This document shows positions 1 to 8,673 of a stretch of DNA of 21,871 bases, piece after piece. The notes under the pieces are model-generated. The model was not told where the DNA came from and made no database searches. It was given only the letters and a program-made list of their open reading frames with translations. The position numbers and the translations under genes were made by a program. This DNA comes from Promethearchaeota archaeon (lineage in GTDB: Archaea; Asgardarchaeota; Lokiarchaeia; Sigyniarchaeales; SOKP01). How positions within the stretch are numbered: the stretch's first letter is position 1; each line of letters starts with the position of its first letter. Location of the stretch: NCBI GenBank assembly GCA_016930515.1, contig JAFGGO010000013.1:1-21871 (forward strand). The letters are read 5' to 3'.

Positions 1-903
1 GCTATATGGGCCGCAGAGCACGGAAGAAACACTCTGATAATTAGTACTGATCCTGCCCATTCTTTAGGAGACAGTTTAGGAATGGATCTGGCACCCGGCG
101 TTCCCACTCAAGTAGAAGGAATTCCAAACCTGACAGCCTTGGAGATTAATCCAGAAGTAAATATGTCTGAGTTGAAAAATTTGACTTCTGTAAATCCAAT
201 GGAAGAAATGGGAATGGACGGAATGATGGGGGGCATGATGGAAGGGCTTGGAATGGGAGATATCCAAGATTTAGCGTCTTCAAATCCTCCAGGGATCGAT
301 GAAGCATTGGCGTTCGGAAAAGTATTAGAATTTATCGAAACTAAGCATGAATATGATTTAATTGTATTTGATACGGCCCCCACGGGCCATACATTAAGGT
401 TTTTGAGTTTACCAGAAACGCTCTCCAGCTGGGTAGGAAAGATCTTAAAATTAAGGCTCAAAATAGGGAAATTATTTGGTGCTTTTAAGGGAATGTTCTC
501 CAAGGAACAAAAAAAGAAAGATAACTCCCTGGAAATGTTGGAAAAGTTTGCAGAATCGATAGAAAAAGGCAGGGAAGACTTGACAAATCCCTTGAAAAAT
601 AATTTTATAATCGTAATGATCCCAGAAGAAATGGCGATTGCAGAGACGGGTCGATTGATTAACGAACTCGTTAAATATCAGATCCCTAACGATAGCATTG
701 TCATAAACCAGCTTTATCAGGACGATACGGAATTATGTGCCTTTTGCAGGGGACGCAGAAACATGCAACAAAAAAATCTTGAAAAAATTCGATCTTTATT
801 CGGACAAAAATTAGGAAAAAACTTGGTAGAAGTTCCCTTGTTCGAGGAAGAAATTCGAGAATACCAGCAACTTAAAAAAATGAGCGAATACCTAGTATTA
901 TGA
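1..903 (+). CDS. get3: Get3/TRC40/ArsA-family ATPase (5'-truncated by window edge)
   Basis: Frame 1 is open from base 1 (AIWAAEHGRNTLIISTDPAHSLGDS...). It contains STDPAHSL, PGIDEA, switch II DTAPTGHTLRFL, a Met-rich insert and the C-terminal CAFC (CxxC) typical of the Get3 branch. The P-loop lies upstream of the window. Confidence 0.92.
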   Translation, partial: AIWAAEHGRNTLIISTDPAHSLGDSLGMDLAPGVPTQVEGIPNLTALEINPEVNMSELKNLTSVNPMEEMGMDGMMGGMMEGLGMGDIQDLASSNPPGIDEALAFGKVLEFIETKHEYDLIVFDTAPTGHTLRFLSLPETLSSWVGKILKLRLKIGKLFGAFKGMFSKEQKKKDNSLEMLEKFAESIEKGREDLTNPLKNNFIIVMIPEEMAIAETGRLINELVKYQIPNDSIVINQLYQDDTELCAFCRGRRNMQQKNLEKIRSLFGQKLGKNLVEVPLFEEEIREYQQLKKMSEYLVL

Positions 904-907
904 CCAT

Positions 908-1897
908 TCAAGTCGAGAGAGCCTTTACATATTCACAATATGCACAAATTTTATCGTTTCCAGAAGGATAACCACATTGTGGACAAGTTCCGTATCCTGA
1001 AGGTTCAGCATTATCGTATAATAATTTTGATAACTTTAAAAAGCCATTAAATAGGTTAAATTCGATTTCCGGGCTAAGGGCCTTGCAATCTTGAATAAAA
1101 TCGAGAACTCTTTTCCTCAAGATTGGTTCTTTCTCCCGGAAGGGACAATGGGAAGAATAATATTGGAGTTTCTTGATATTAGAGTATAAATATATTTCTT
1201 CTTCGGGAATTCTCATTAGAGGATTGATCTTTTTTACAAAAATTCTGTTTGCCTCCAATGATACTGATTTAAATGGATATTGATTTGAAATGAGGTGAAA
1301 CCTATTATACATAATGTTCATCAAGTATGTTTCGGCAAAATCTGTAAGATTATGACCAAGTGCTAAACGATCTGCTTTTAGTTCTCGAGCGCCCTCATTG
1401 AGAAGCCTCCTTCGTATTATGGCGCAATAATTACATGTGTATCTGTAATTGAGGATTTTTTTTTTTGTCTCGTTGATCTCGTCAAGGGTTTTTCCCATAA
1501 CATCCTTGAAAGAGAGAATTTTATGCTCTATGTCGTATTTATCACAGAATTTCCGAGCAGATTCGATGCTTTTATCCCGATAATCCTTAATACCTTCATC
1601 TATAGTTAGTGCTACAATTGGTTTTGCATTGTAAGATCGTTCCTGTATGTTGGCAAGATTGTAAAGCAATGCAATTGAGTCTTTTCCTCCTGAAACGGCC
1701 ACTACAACCTTATGGTGGGGATTAAGCATCTTATACTTTGATATCGTTTGATAAATGATTTTTTCAACGCTGCGCGTGAAACAAGAGGAACATAATTCAT
1801 CTCCTGAATGATTTCTCCTTATTAGAGATGCGTCCGCTTTACATGAAGTACAAGTGCCCTTCTTCAACGAGACACGATAGTTAGAAATGATAACCAC
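908..1897 (-). CDS. ncsA: tRNA 2-thiolation protein NcsA/TtuA/Ctu1 (PP-loop ATPase, TIGR00269-like)
   Basis: N-terminal CxxC..CxxC Zn finger, PP-loop SGGKDS, CNYC, GHNLTD, CP motif, C-terminal CPQCG..CAYC Zn finger; GTG start. Confidence 0.9.
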   Translation of the reverse strand: MVIISNYRVSLKKGTCTSCKADASLIRRNHSGDELCSSCFTRSVEKIIYQTISKYKMLNPHHKVVVAVSGGKDSIALLYNLANIQERSYNAKPIVALTIDEGIKDYRDKSIESARKFCDKYDIEHKILSFKDVMGKTLDEINETKKKILNYRYTCNYCAIIRRRLLNEGARELKADRLALGHNLTDFAETYLMNIMYNRFHLISNQYPFKSVSLEANRIFVKKINPLMRIPEEEIYLYSNIKKLQYYSSHCPFREKEPILRKRVLDFIQDCKALSPEIEFNLFNGFLKLSKLLYDNAEPSGYGTCPQCGYPSGNDKICAYCEYVKALST

Positions 1898-1910
1898 TTT
1901 TACCTAATAG

Positions 1911-3725
1911 TTAGATGGGAACCCAAAATAGACCAAATCCAAATTTCACGAAGGATAGAATGAAATTCCCAAGAACTATGACCAAAGTTATTAATCGGAT
2001 GAAGTTAATAATATATTTCTTTTTTTTAGACTTTTCATCGAACCAATATTCATATTCCACTTCGATAATGGATTTATCTTCCTCTAAATAAGCTTCGGTT
2101 GGGGTAATCTCTAGCTGGACGGCATCATAGTGACCGTCTCCAATGGTGTCCACGAGTTTACAAGCATTTGGGTTTAATAAATGCTCGTTGCGCTCTTCCA
2201 GATTCTTGCCATTTTGTGTTTGGTAGGTCTTAATGGAAATTATTTTGTCGACTCGATATTCCATAAATTCATAATTTTTATCGCTTTTTTTGTAAGTAAA
2301 TTTTTCCTTTTTCTTCTTTTTTTTTGTATAGCTGCCCTCTCCCAAGCCCCAATTGACTAATTCTGTTGTAACGCGATCGCCGTCAAAAATAGGTAAGGGG
2401 AGAGTGTTAAATAAAACCAAGCTAAACGATATGATAAAAAGCCAAGAAAATTCTTTAATCGTAAAATCGGGCCAGAATGGTCCAAAAAATTGGCTAACTT
2501 CGTTTGTACCCATCCAATATAAGGAATCGTATACGACACCGATGTAAACGCCATTAACAGCGATATTGATTGACTGAACCGTGGAATCACTCATTGTTAT
2601 ATTAAGGCTTGTAAGTCCATAAACAGTTAAGTGTTTTTCAAATGTATCTCCAATCGTGTAATTAAGAGGATTCCCGTTTATTTCAGTTATTAAGTTTCCT
2701 ACTTCAAGCCACCAATTATTTCCACCGTCCTCTTGAGTATCGACTTCTGTAATTTCGATGGCGGTATCGTTATATTTTTCAAACGAAAAGCCATAATAAT
2801 AATGAGGACCTAATGTTACGATTCTTTCCTGTTCCTTGTTTGTTCCTGGATTGAATGTGAGAAATGTTAATTGATTTCCAGGAGAACAAGCAATTTTTGT
2901 TTTATTGTCTAAAATCCTTGTGAGAGTAAGATCAAACTGATAATCAAGATAAACATAGGAACCATTGTCTTTTTTAACTCCAACGATGACATCACCAGAA
3001 CCGAGCACACCATAATTAAACCCTCCTTCTTCTTCTGTTAGCATGTATGCAATTTGGGGTGCTTGCCGATAAAATGGTTGGATGAGAAACGGCAAAGCCA
3101 TTAGTATTAATAGCCCAATAAAGGCAGTTATGGCATTAATAAATGTTCCAGAAGTTGCAATTCTCAGGCGCGTGTTTCTCGGATACTTGGAGGACCTTAC
3201 TTTTCTTTCGTCAACTTCTACAAAAGCACCTAATCCAATGAGGAAGAATATACCTGCCCCTAAGACGCCCGATGATACAACTTCAACACCATCAACGCTG
3301 GAAGAGATGCCATGAGCCAATTCGTGAGTTGTTATGACGAAAAGCAAGGGTAAGATTAAATACATAAATGTTGGAAGGGAAATAGTGACACCAGGAATGA
3401 GCGGAGTGATTACATTTGTAATTTGAGGTTCGATTATGAGTGAGACGAGGTTAGAAAAGAAAAACCAAAACGCAAAAATCATAAAAGAAAAACTGACAAA
3501 AATACCCATTGTCCAAAACATTCGCCATAGTCTTGGGGATTTCTGACCAATGGAGTTTATAAACTTATTCAATCTTTTTGTTTTAAACATTGCAAGTAAT
3601 GGAAAAAACACATAAGCAGCACCTTTCCTTTTTCTTAGAACTAAAGCACCAAACCCTACAAAAAGCCAAAATATAAGGCTCACGATTGTCCAAGGATTGA
3701 ATATAATAGCCAAAATTGCTTCCAT
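1911..3725 (-). CDS. Site-2 protease (peptidase M50) with PDZ-like domains
   Basis: HELAH (HExxH), GAFVE, NTLPLPIFDG (NxxPxxxxDG), PLIPGVTI motif, several hydrophobic TM segments and two PDZ-like segments (GDVIVGV / GNLITEING). Confidence 0.9.
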   Translation of the reverse strand: MEAILAIIFNPWTIVSLIFWLFVGFGALVLRKRKGAAYVFFPLLAMFKTKRLNKFINSIGQKSPRLWRMFWTMGIFVSFSFMIFAFWFFFSNLVSLIIEPQITNVITPLIPGVTISLPTFMYLILPLLFVITTHELAHGISSSVDGVEVVSSGVLGAGIFFLIGLGAFVEVDERKVRSSKYPRNTRLRIATSGTFINAITAFIGLLILMALPFLIQPFYRQAPQIAYMLTEEEGGFNYGVLGSGDVIVGVKKDNGSYVYLDYQFDLTLTRILDNKTKIACSPGNQLTFLTFNPGTNKEQERIVTLGPHYYYGFSFEKYNDTAIEITEVDTQEDGGNNWWLEVGNLITEINGNPLNYTIGDTFEKHLTVYGLTSLNITMSDSTVQSINIAVNGVYIGVVYDSLYWMGTNEVSQFFGPFWPDFTIKEFSWLFIISFSLVLFNTLPLPIFDGDRVTTELVNWGLGEGSYTKKKKKKEKFTYKKSDKNYEFMEYRVDKIISIKTYQTQNGKNLEERNEHLLNPNACKLVDTIGDGHYDAVQLEITPTEAYLEEDKSIIEVEYEYWFDEKSKKKKYIINFIRLITLVIVLGNFILSFVKFGFGLFWVPI

Positions 3726-4031
3726 GACATCAACTAAGATTATCTTTAAATTAGTTCAAAAAATGCGATATAGAAATTAAGTTTATCTAAAATTTTTAAA
3801 TATTTATTCTCGCCAATTTTCTCTTGAATATTAGAGGAGATTTTTTTAAAATAAAGATATTTTTTTTTAATGATAGTTAAAAATAGAAAAATAAATATGG
3901 AGTACATGTTGTTTCTAAACAAGATTTAATAAGAAACTAATAAGTCTATAACCACAAAATTTATATGAAAGACGCACTTTTATATAACTGTTCATAAAAA
4001 AGTATTGAAAAAGGAATAAAGACGAGCACTG

Positions 4032-4079
4032 GAGCTTTATAATATGATCGGGGCGAGGAAATGTCCCTTTATAATGCTC
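4032..4079 (+). other. Inverted repeat / stem-loop immediately upstream of tRNA-iMet, containing two TTTATAAT boxes
   Basis: GAGCTTTATAA (4032-4042) pairs with TTATAATGCTC (4069-4079) with one mismatch; inner GGGGCG-AGGAAA-TGTCCC hairpin. Confidence 0.5.
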
Positions 4080-4087
4080 AGAAAAAC

Positions 4088-4185
4088 AGCGGGGTGGGCT
4101 AGCCTGGTTTATGCCGCAGGGCTCATATATAGCCATTCGCTATGGAGAAACCCTGAGATCGTTCGTTCAAATCGAACCCCCGCTA
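4088..4185 (+). tRNA. tRNA-iMet: Initiator tRNA-Met (CAT) with 22-nt intron at position 37/38 (intron ~4128-4149)
   Basis: Acceptor stem AGCGGGG/CCCCGCT (A1:U72). Anticodon stem CAGGG/CCCTG with three consecutive G:C pairs; anticodon CAT at 4124-4126. T-arm GTTCG-TTCAAAT-CGAAC. The intron folds as a relaxed BHB. No encoded CCA; followed by a T-tract. Confidence 0.93.
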
Positions 4186-4277
4186 CTTTTATTATTTTAT
4201 ATTTATTGACAAATAATCAACTCTAAATTTTAAAATATTTTAAATTATTCAATTAATAATAAATAGTAAGAATCATC

Positions 4278-5015
4278 ATGATGGAATCTCAGAGTTATAG
4301 AAGATGGCCTGCCATTAGGTGTTGGGTCAAACATATTCTTGAAGGAAAGTATTCGGAAGAGAACAAGACATTATATACAATTTTCGGGGAAACTAAGCGT
4401 ATTAGGCTCTTAGCGACTATTATCAAGAAGAGTGAAAAAATTACTACCCAAAACACGAGTGAGGACGATTTTTCTCACGATGAGGGGGATCAAAACTTAC
4501 GGATGGAATTTGAGCTAGATGATGGAACAGGAATTATTCGAGCGGTAATTTGGAATGCCAATCCCGAGGAATATCAGGATTATAAGGAGGGATACATTGT
4601 TGACATTGTTGGATTAATACAATATTGGAACGGTTTTAACTATATTAGACCCGAAATTATAAAAAAAATAAATAATCCGAATTTTGTTTTACTCAGAGAC
4701 GCAGAAATTATAAAAAAAATAAAATCGGGAAATACAAGGGAAATTCCCGATATATCTCAATTATATGACGATATAGACGAGATACCCGACGATATTGATG
4801 TGGAGCAACTTTTTGGGGATGAAAGTTCCGTTGATGGGACTGATATGAAAAATTTAGTATTTTCACTCATAGAAAAGCACGAAAAAGGCATGAGTTTCAG
4901 GGATTTAAACACAAAACTTAAAATATCTACTAGTGAACTTAAAAACATTCTTAGGGATCTAGAGATGGAATCGAGGATATACCAATCCGACGAGGGAATA
5001 TACCAATCTTTTTAA
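4278..5015 (+). CDS. rpa2: RPA32/RPA2-like ssDNA-binding protein (OB fold plus C-terminal winged helix)
   Basis: OB motif FELDDGTGIIRAVIW...VDIVG...IRPEII, an acidic linker, and a C-terminal wHTH-like segment (GMSFRDL...LRDLEMESRIYQ). Confidence 0.75.
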   Translation: MMESQSYRRWPAIRCWVKHILEGKYSEENKTLYTIFGETKRIRLLATIIKKSEKITTQNTSEDDFSHDEGDQNLRMEFELDDGTGIIRAVIWNANPEEYQDYKEGYIVDIVGLIQYWNGFNYIRPEIIKKINNPNFVLLRDAEIIKKIKSGNTREIPDISQLYDDIDEIPDDIDVEQLFGDESSVDGTDMKNLVFSLIEKHEKGMSFRDLNTKLKISTSELKNILRDLEMESRIYQSDEGIYQSF

Positions 5016-5133
5016 TTATTGTGTATTCCCGTCTTTTTGGGATGCCCAAAAATCACATCTTTAATTCACAAAAAACAAAAATAAATTAATTTAAATATTC
5101 ATTATATTTCATAAAAAAAAGATGATTTAAACA

Positions 5134-5547
5134 ATGAATTTCAACGACTACGAAAATTTATTAGACAAAGCCTATGAAAAAATTCCCGATAATGTGAAAA
5201 AATCCAAGAGATTCGAAATACCCACAGTCGAGCTGAGGTTCGAGGGCAAAAACACTTTTATAGTTAATTTTAATAAAATTATCAACACGCTTAATAGAGA
5301 TAAAAATCATTTTACAGGAGTATTCCTAAAGAAAGCAGGTACTTTTGGTGAAATTAGAGGCCAACAATTATTTATGAAATCGCTTCATAAGGAAAAAGTA
5401 TTAAACCGACTACTTGAAAATTATACAAAAACATATGTCTTATGTAAGATCTGTAACAAACCCGACACGGAAATACAAAGGGAAGGAAAAAGATTATTCT
5501 TGAAATGCGAAGCGTGTGGTGCCCGAGAAGAAATTAAAGAGAAGTAA
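5134..5547 (+). CDS. eif2b: Translation initiation factor aIF2 beta subunit
   Basis: YENLLDKAY, RFEIP, TFIVNF, YVLCKICNKPDT...CEACGA Zn ribbon. Confidence 0.95.
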   Translation: MNFNDYENLLDKAYEKIPDNVKKSKRFEIPTVELRFEGKNTFIVNFNKIINTLNRDKNHFTGVFLKKAGTFGEIRGQQLFMKSLHKEKVLNRLLENYTKTYVLCKICNKPDTEIQREGKRLFLKCEACGAREEIKEK

Positions 5548-5560
5548 GAGTTTGCTTTGA

Positions 5561-5863
5561 ATGGTCGGTAAAGTGTACATTAAAATTCATTGTTACCAAG
5601 AATATGAAACCATAGCATGTTGCGATGAAAAACTCTTAAATCAAGTTTTTAAAGAGGGAAATTTAAGAATTGAAATTTCGGAGCAATTTTTTGGAGGAAA
5701 ATTAGTCCAAATCGAGGAAGCAATGAAACTACTAAGAGACGCCAGCTCCTTTAATATCGTTGGAGAAAATGTCATTGATGAGGCAATTGCAAAGAATCTC
5801 TTGCCAAAAGATGGTGTTCGAATCATTAATGGAGTTCCAATGGCAATGAAGATGATGTTGTAA
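5561..5863 (+). CDS. DUF424 family protein
   Basis: ACCDEKLL, ISEQFFGG, NIVGENVI, INGVP motifs; usual position between aIF2-beta and NMD3. Confidence 0.85.
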   Translation: MVGKVYIKIHCYQEYETIACCDEKLLNQVFKEGNLRIEISEQFFGGKLVQIEEAMKLLRDASSFNIVGENVIDEAIAKNLLPKDGVRIINGVPMAMKMML

Positions 5864-5865
5864 AT

Positions 5866-6786
5866 ATGGTCCATCGATTTTGCGCTATTTGCGGAAAACC
5901 ATTAGAAGAAGATGCCCCTCATTTTGGTATGTGTCTCGAGTGTTATGTAAAAGAATCTCCACTATTCGAAATTCCGAATCATTTTTCATTTAGAACTTGT
6001 TTAGATTGTGGAAAGTATTCAATTAAAGATGAATGGATAGAACCTTCCGAAAATAACATTTATATCATCATTAAAGAAGCAATAAATCGATTCCTGTTAA
6101 AATCGCTCTATAGAAAGGGTACAATAGATTTAAATTCCTCAATTGATGAAGAAAGCTTTAATTTTTCTTCAAAAGACCTTTTAAAATCTCTTGAAATGGT
6201 GATCAGTGGTACTTCAAAAATTAATAAAAAAATCTCATATCAACAAAATGTGAAAGTATCCATTAATTACGAGTTATGCAAAAATTGTACCAATTTGAGA
6301 GGAGGAACTTATTTTTTATCCATAGTACAGCTTCGGGTTAAAGATGAGGTAAACTTCTACAAGATCAAAGAAGTTTTAGATTTTGTTTATACTCAAGTAG
6401 AAAAATTATTCGAAAAAGACCCTCGACAATACATAACCAAATCAGTCGACGAGAAATATGGTGTTGACCTTTACTTGAGTACGAACGAATTAATGAACTA
6501 TATCATTAAGATTTTACGGGGAAATTACCATTTTGTTTTGAAAAGATCGAAAAAATTAGTTGGTCGGGATATTCAAGGGGGAAAGAATTTATATAGACAA
6601 AAGGCATTAATTAAATTCATTCCAATAAGGCGAAACGATGTTATTGAAATAGAGGGCAAGGATTATATAGTTGAAAGTATTCTAAAAAACAAGGTAATTT
6701 TGAGAAACCAGAAAGACGAAAAATTAATTAAAGATTTTTCTTTTTTCTTTGGTGAGAATTTATCTATTAAGCACGAGCAGGGGTAA
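5866..6786 (+). CDS. nmd3: NMD3 ribosome biogenesis protein
   Basis: Four CxxC pairs (FCAICG, CLEC, CLDCG, CKNC), GGTYFLSIVQLR, GVDLYL, KLVGRD. Confidence 0.9.
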   Translation: MVHRFCAICGKPLEEDAPHFGMCLECYVKESPLFEIPNHFSFRTCLDCGKYSIKDEWIEPSENNIYIIIKEAINRFLLKSLYRKGTIDLNSSIDEESFNFSSKDLLKSLEMVISGTSKINKKISYQQNVKVSINYELCKNCTNLRGGTYFLSIVQLRVKDEVNFYKIKEVLDFVYTQVEKLFEKDPRQYITKSVDEKYGVDLYLSTNELMNYIIKILRGNYHFVLKRSKKLVGRDIQGGKNLYRQKALIKFIPIRRNDVIEIEGKDYIVESILKNKVILRNQKDEKLIKDFSFFFGENLSIKHEQG

Positions 6787-6792
6787 AAATAT

Positions 6793-7629
6793 TTGACGGA
6801 TGAAGAAGACGATTTAGACGAGGAACTTACAAAAGAAACTGTAGAAAGCAAGCTTTATTCTAATATTGACGCTTTAGAGAAACAAAAAATAGACAATAAA
6901 AGAATTCGCTTAATTGACGATTCGAAAAGGCGTTCTACTTTAAATTCAGTTTTTGACGAACGTACGATTTATCAATTGACAAAATTAGAAAAGAATGGCC
7001 CATTGATAAAAATAGAAGGCATGATTTCGGCAGGGAAAGAGGCAAATGTGTATCTAGGCTATGATCAAGACGGAAAAGAAGTAGCGATAAAGATATATAA
7101 AATAGATAATAATACATCTAAATGGATGAGAAATTACATCGTGGGAGATCCACGATTCAAAAAAGTACCTCATAACATTTCGAAAATAATTTTTCTATGG
7201 GCAAGTAAGGAATATAAAAACCTAAAACGCGCACATAAGGTTGGGTTAAGGGTTCCAAAACCAATCTTCATAAAAAATAATATTTTAATAATGGAATATA
7301 TTGGAGATGGTCCAAATCCTGCTCCAAGATTAAAAGATATCAAAGAATTAAAGAATATTTCGCTTTTATTTGAAGATATATTGAGTTTCATAAAGAATCT
7401 TTATCAAAAAGCGAATTTAGTACATGGCGATCTTAGCGAATTCAATATCTTATATAACAACCAATATCCTGTCGTAATTGATGTTTCACAAGCAGTTACA
7501 ACCCAACATCCAAAAGCAGAAGTTTATTTGGCACGAGATATTAAAAATGTGTTTACTTACTTCGGGAGAATAGGATTGAAACTCCCAAATCCTCAAGAAT
7601 TTTATTTTGAAGTAATAAAACATGAATAA
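6793..7629 (+). CDS. rio1: RIO1 atypical kinase/ATPase
   Basis: ISAGKEANVY, AIKIY, YIVGDPRF, WASKEYKNL, LVHGDLSEFNIL, IDVSQAV; TTG start. Confidence 0.95.
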   Translation: MTDEEDDLDEELTKETVESKLYSNIDALEKQKIDNKRIRLIDDSKRRSTLNSVFDERTIYQLTKLEKNGPLIKIEGMISAGKEANVYLGYDQDGKEVAIKIYKIDNNTSKWMRNYIVGDPRFKKVPHNISKIIFLWASKEYKNLKRAHKVGLRVPKPIFIKNNILIMEYIGDGPNPAPRLKDIKELKNISLLFEDILSFIKNLYQKANLVHGDLSEFNILYNNQYPVVIDVSQAVTTQHPKAEVYLARDIKNVFTYFGRIGLKLPNPQEFYFEVIKHE

Positions 7630-7697
7630 CCATAAACTCAAAATATGATTGTTTCTTTATACTTTTTAAGCACTTATGAAAGGAGTTTGATGTTTTA

Positions 7698-8258
7698 ATG
7701 TTCAAGGTTCAAAAGTCTAGAATAGCTGTTGTGATCGGGAGGAATGGAGAAACCAAAGAAGAAATTGAAGGGGTATTAGGCGTTAAGATTGATTTAAATA
7801 GCAAAACAGGAGATTGTGAAATCATTCCAGATATTGAGAGCCCTAAATACACACCCTTGAATGTTTTAACGGCTCAAAAAATAGTTTCTGCGATAAATAG
7901 AGGGTTTAATCCTAAGAAAGCAATGATTTTAACAGAAGAGACTTACGACCTTGAAATCTTTAACTTGTTGTCTATCCTCGGAAAATCAGAAAAAAGAATT
8001 AAAAGAATGAAAGGACGTGTGATCGGGAGGAATGGAGAAATGAGGAGAGCAATCGAAAAATACGCAGAATCGTTTATTTCAGTTTTTGGAAAGACCATCT
8101 CAATAATTTCTGAATATGAAAATTTACAGATTGCGCGAAAAGCCGTAAGCATGCTCCTGAATGGAATACCTCATCACACTGTAATGAAATATTTAGAGAA
8201 TAAGTATAATGAGAAGAAAAAAGAAGAATTTCGACAAATGTACAAGCCAGAATTTTAA
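7698..8258 (+). CDS. dim2: Tandem-KH RNA-processing protein (Dim2/Pno1/Krr1-like)
   Basis: Two KH GxxG motifs (VIGRNGE twice), AINRGFNP, and adjacency to RIO1. Confidence 0.88.
   Translation: MFKVQKSRIAVVIGRNGETKEEIEGVLGVKIDLNSKTGDCEIIPDIESPKYTPLNVLTAQKIVSAINRGFNPKKAMILTEETYDLEIFNLLSILGKSEKRIKRMKGRVIGRNGEMRRAIEKYAESFISVFGKTISIISEYENLQIARKAVSMLLNGIPHHTVMKYLENKYNEKKKEEFRQMYKPEF
7730..8040 (+). repeat. Exact 23-bp direct repeat TGTGATCGGGAGGAATGGAGAAA (7730-7752 and 8018-8040)
   Basis: Read directly; both copies encode VIGRNGE in the two KH domains. Confidence 0.9.
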
Positions 8259-8266
8259 ATAAAAAA

Positions 8267-8632
8267 TTATTCATTTTGCTTGAATTTAGATCTCACACAA
8301 TACATTAAATCTTTTCCATTTATAACATCTCTTAGTTCTTTAACAAGTTTGTCTTCAGATTGTATTTTATTAACATAGTACAGCTCTTCGTACTCATTCT
8401 TTCCATCTTCTTTATTATGAACTTCAAAACTTTTAATGGAATAGCTATTAGTATCGTAAGATTTGAAGAGAATAATTATTCGAGGATACATGCTTTTTTC
8501 TTTTAAAGTTATCGCCCATCCATCAAAATAATATTCAAATTCAAAAAAAAATAAAGTTTCCCATATCTTTATTTTATGGAATAAATACTGAATCTCTTGT
8601 TGGACTTTAGGAGAAAATTTTTGAACCATCAT
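8267..8632 (-). CDS. Hypothetical protein directly downstream of ftsZ
   Basis: 121-aa ORF with ATG start, filling the gap between the KH gene and ftsZ; no recognisable motif. Confidence 0.65.
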   Translation of the reverse strand: MMVQKFSPKVQQEIQYLFHKIKIWETLFFFEFEYYFDGWAITLKEKSMYPRIIILFKSYDTNSYSIKSFEVHNKEDGKNEYEELYYVNKIQSEDKLVKELRDVINGKDLMYCVRSKFKQNE

Positions 8633-8673
8633 ATTAATTATTAAAAAAATAGATTAAAACACAAAGGTTTTCT

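Noticed and set aside
4055-4066. GAGGAAATGTCC resembles the RNase P RNA motif GAGGAAAGTCC
   Set aside because: It has an extra base, there is no room before the tRNA, and no matching 3' P4 strand was seen.
4044-4070. AUGA plus a stem with an A-rich loop as a SECIS element
   Set aside because: No opposing GA for the tandem G-A core, and no adjacent selenoprotein-like ORF on this strand.
4044-4226. 60-aa + ORF, and the - ORF 3915-4136
   Set aside because: Both overlap the tRNA-iMet gene; spurious.
4653-4722. 20-nt direct repeat GAAATTATAAAAAAAATAAA (EIIKKI twice) in rpa2
   Set aside because: Low-complexity, A-rich and built from the commonest codons; plausible by chance.
8267-8632. SepF call for the gene after ftsZ
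   Set aside because: It lacks the SepF GNIV and GGDI..TP motifs.
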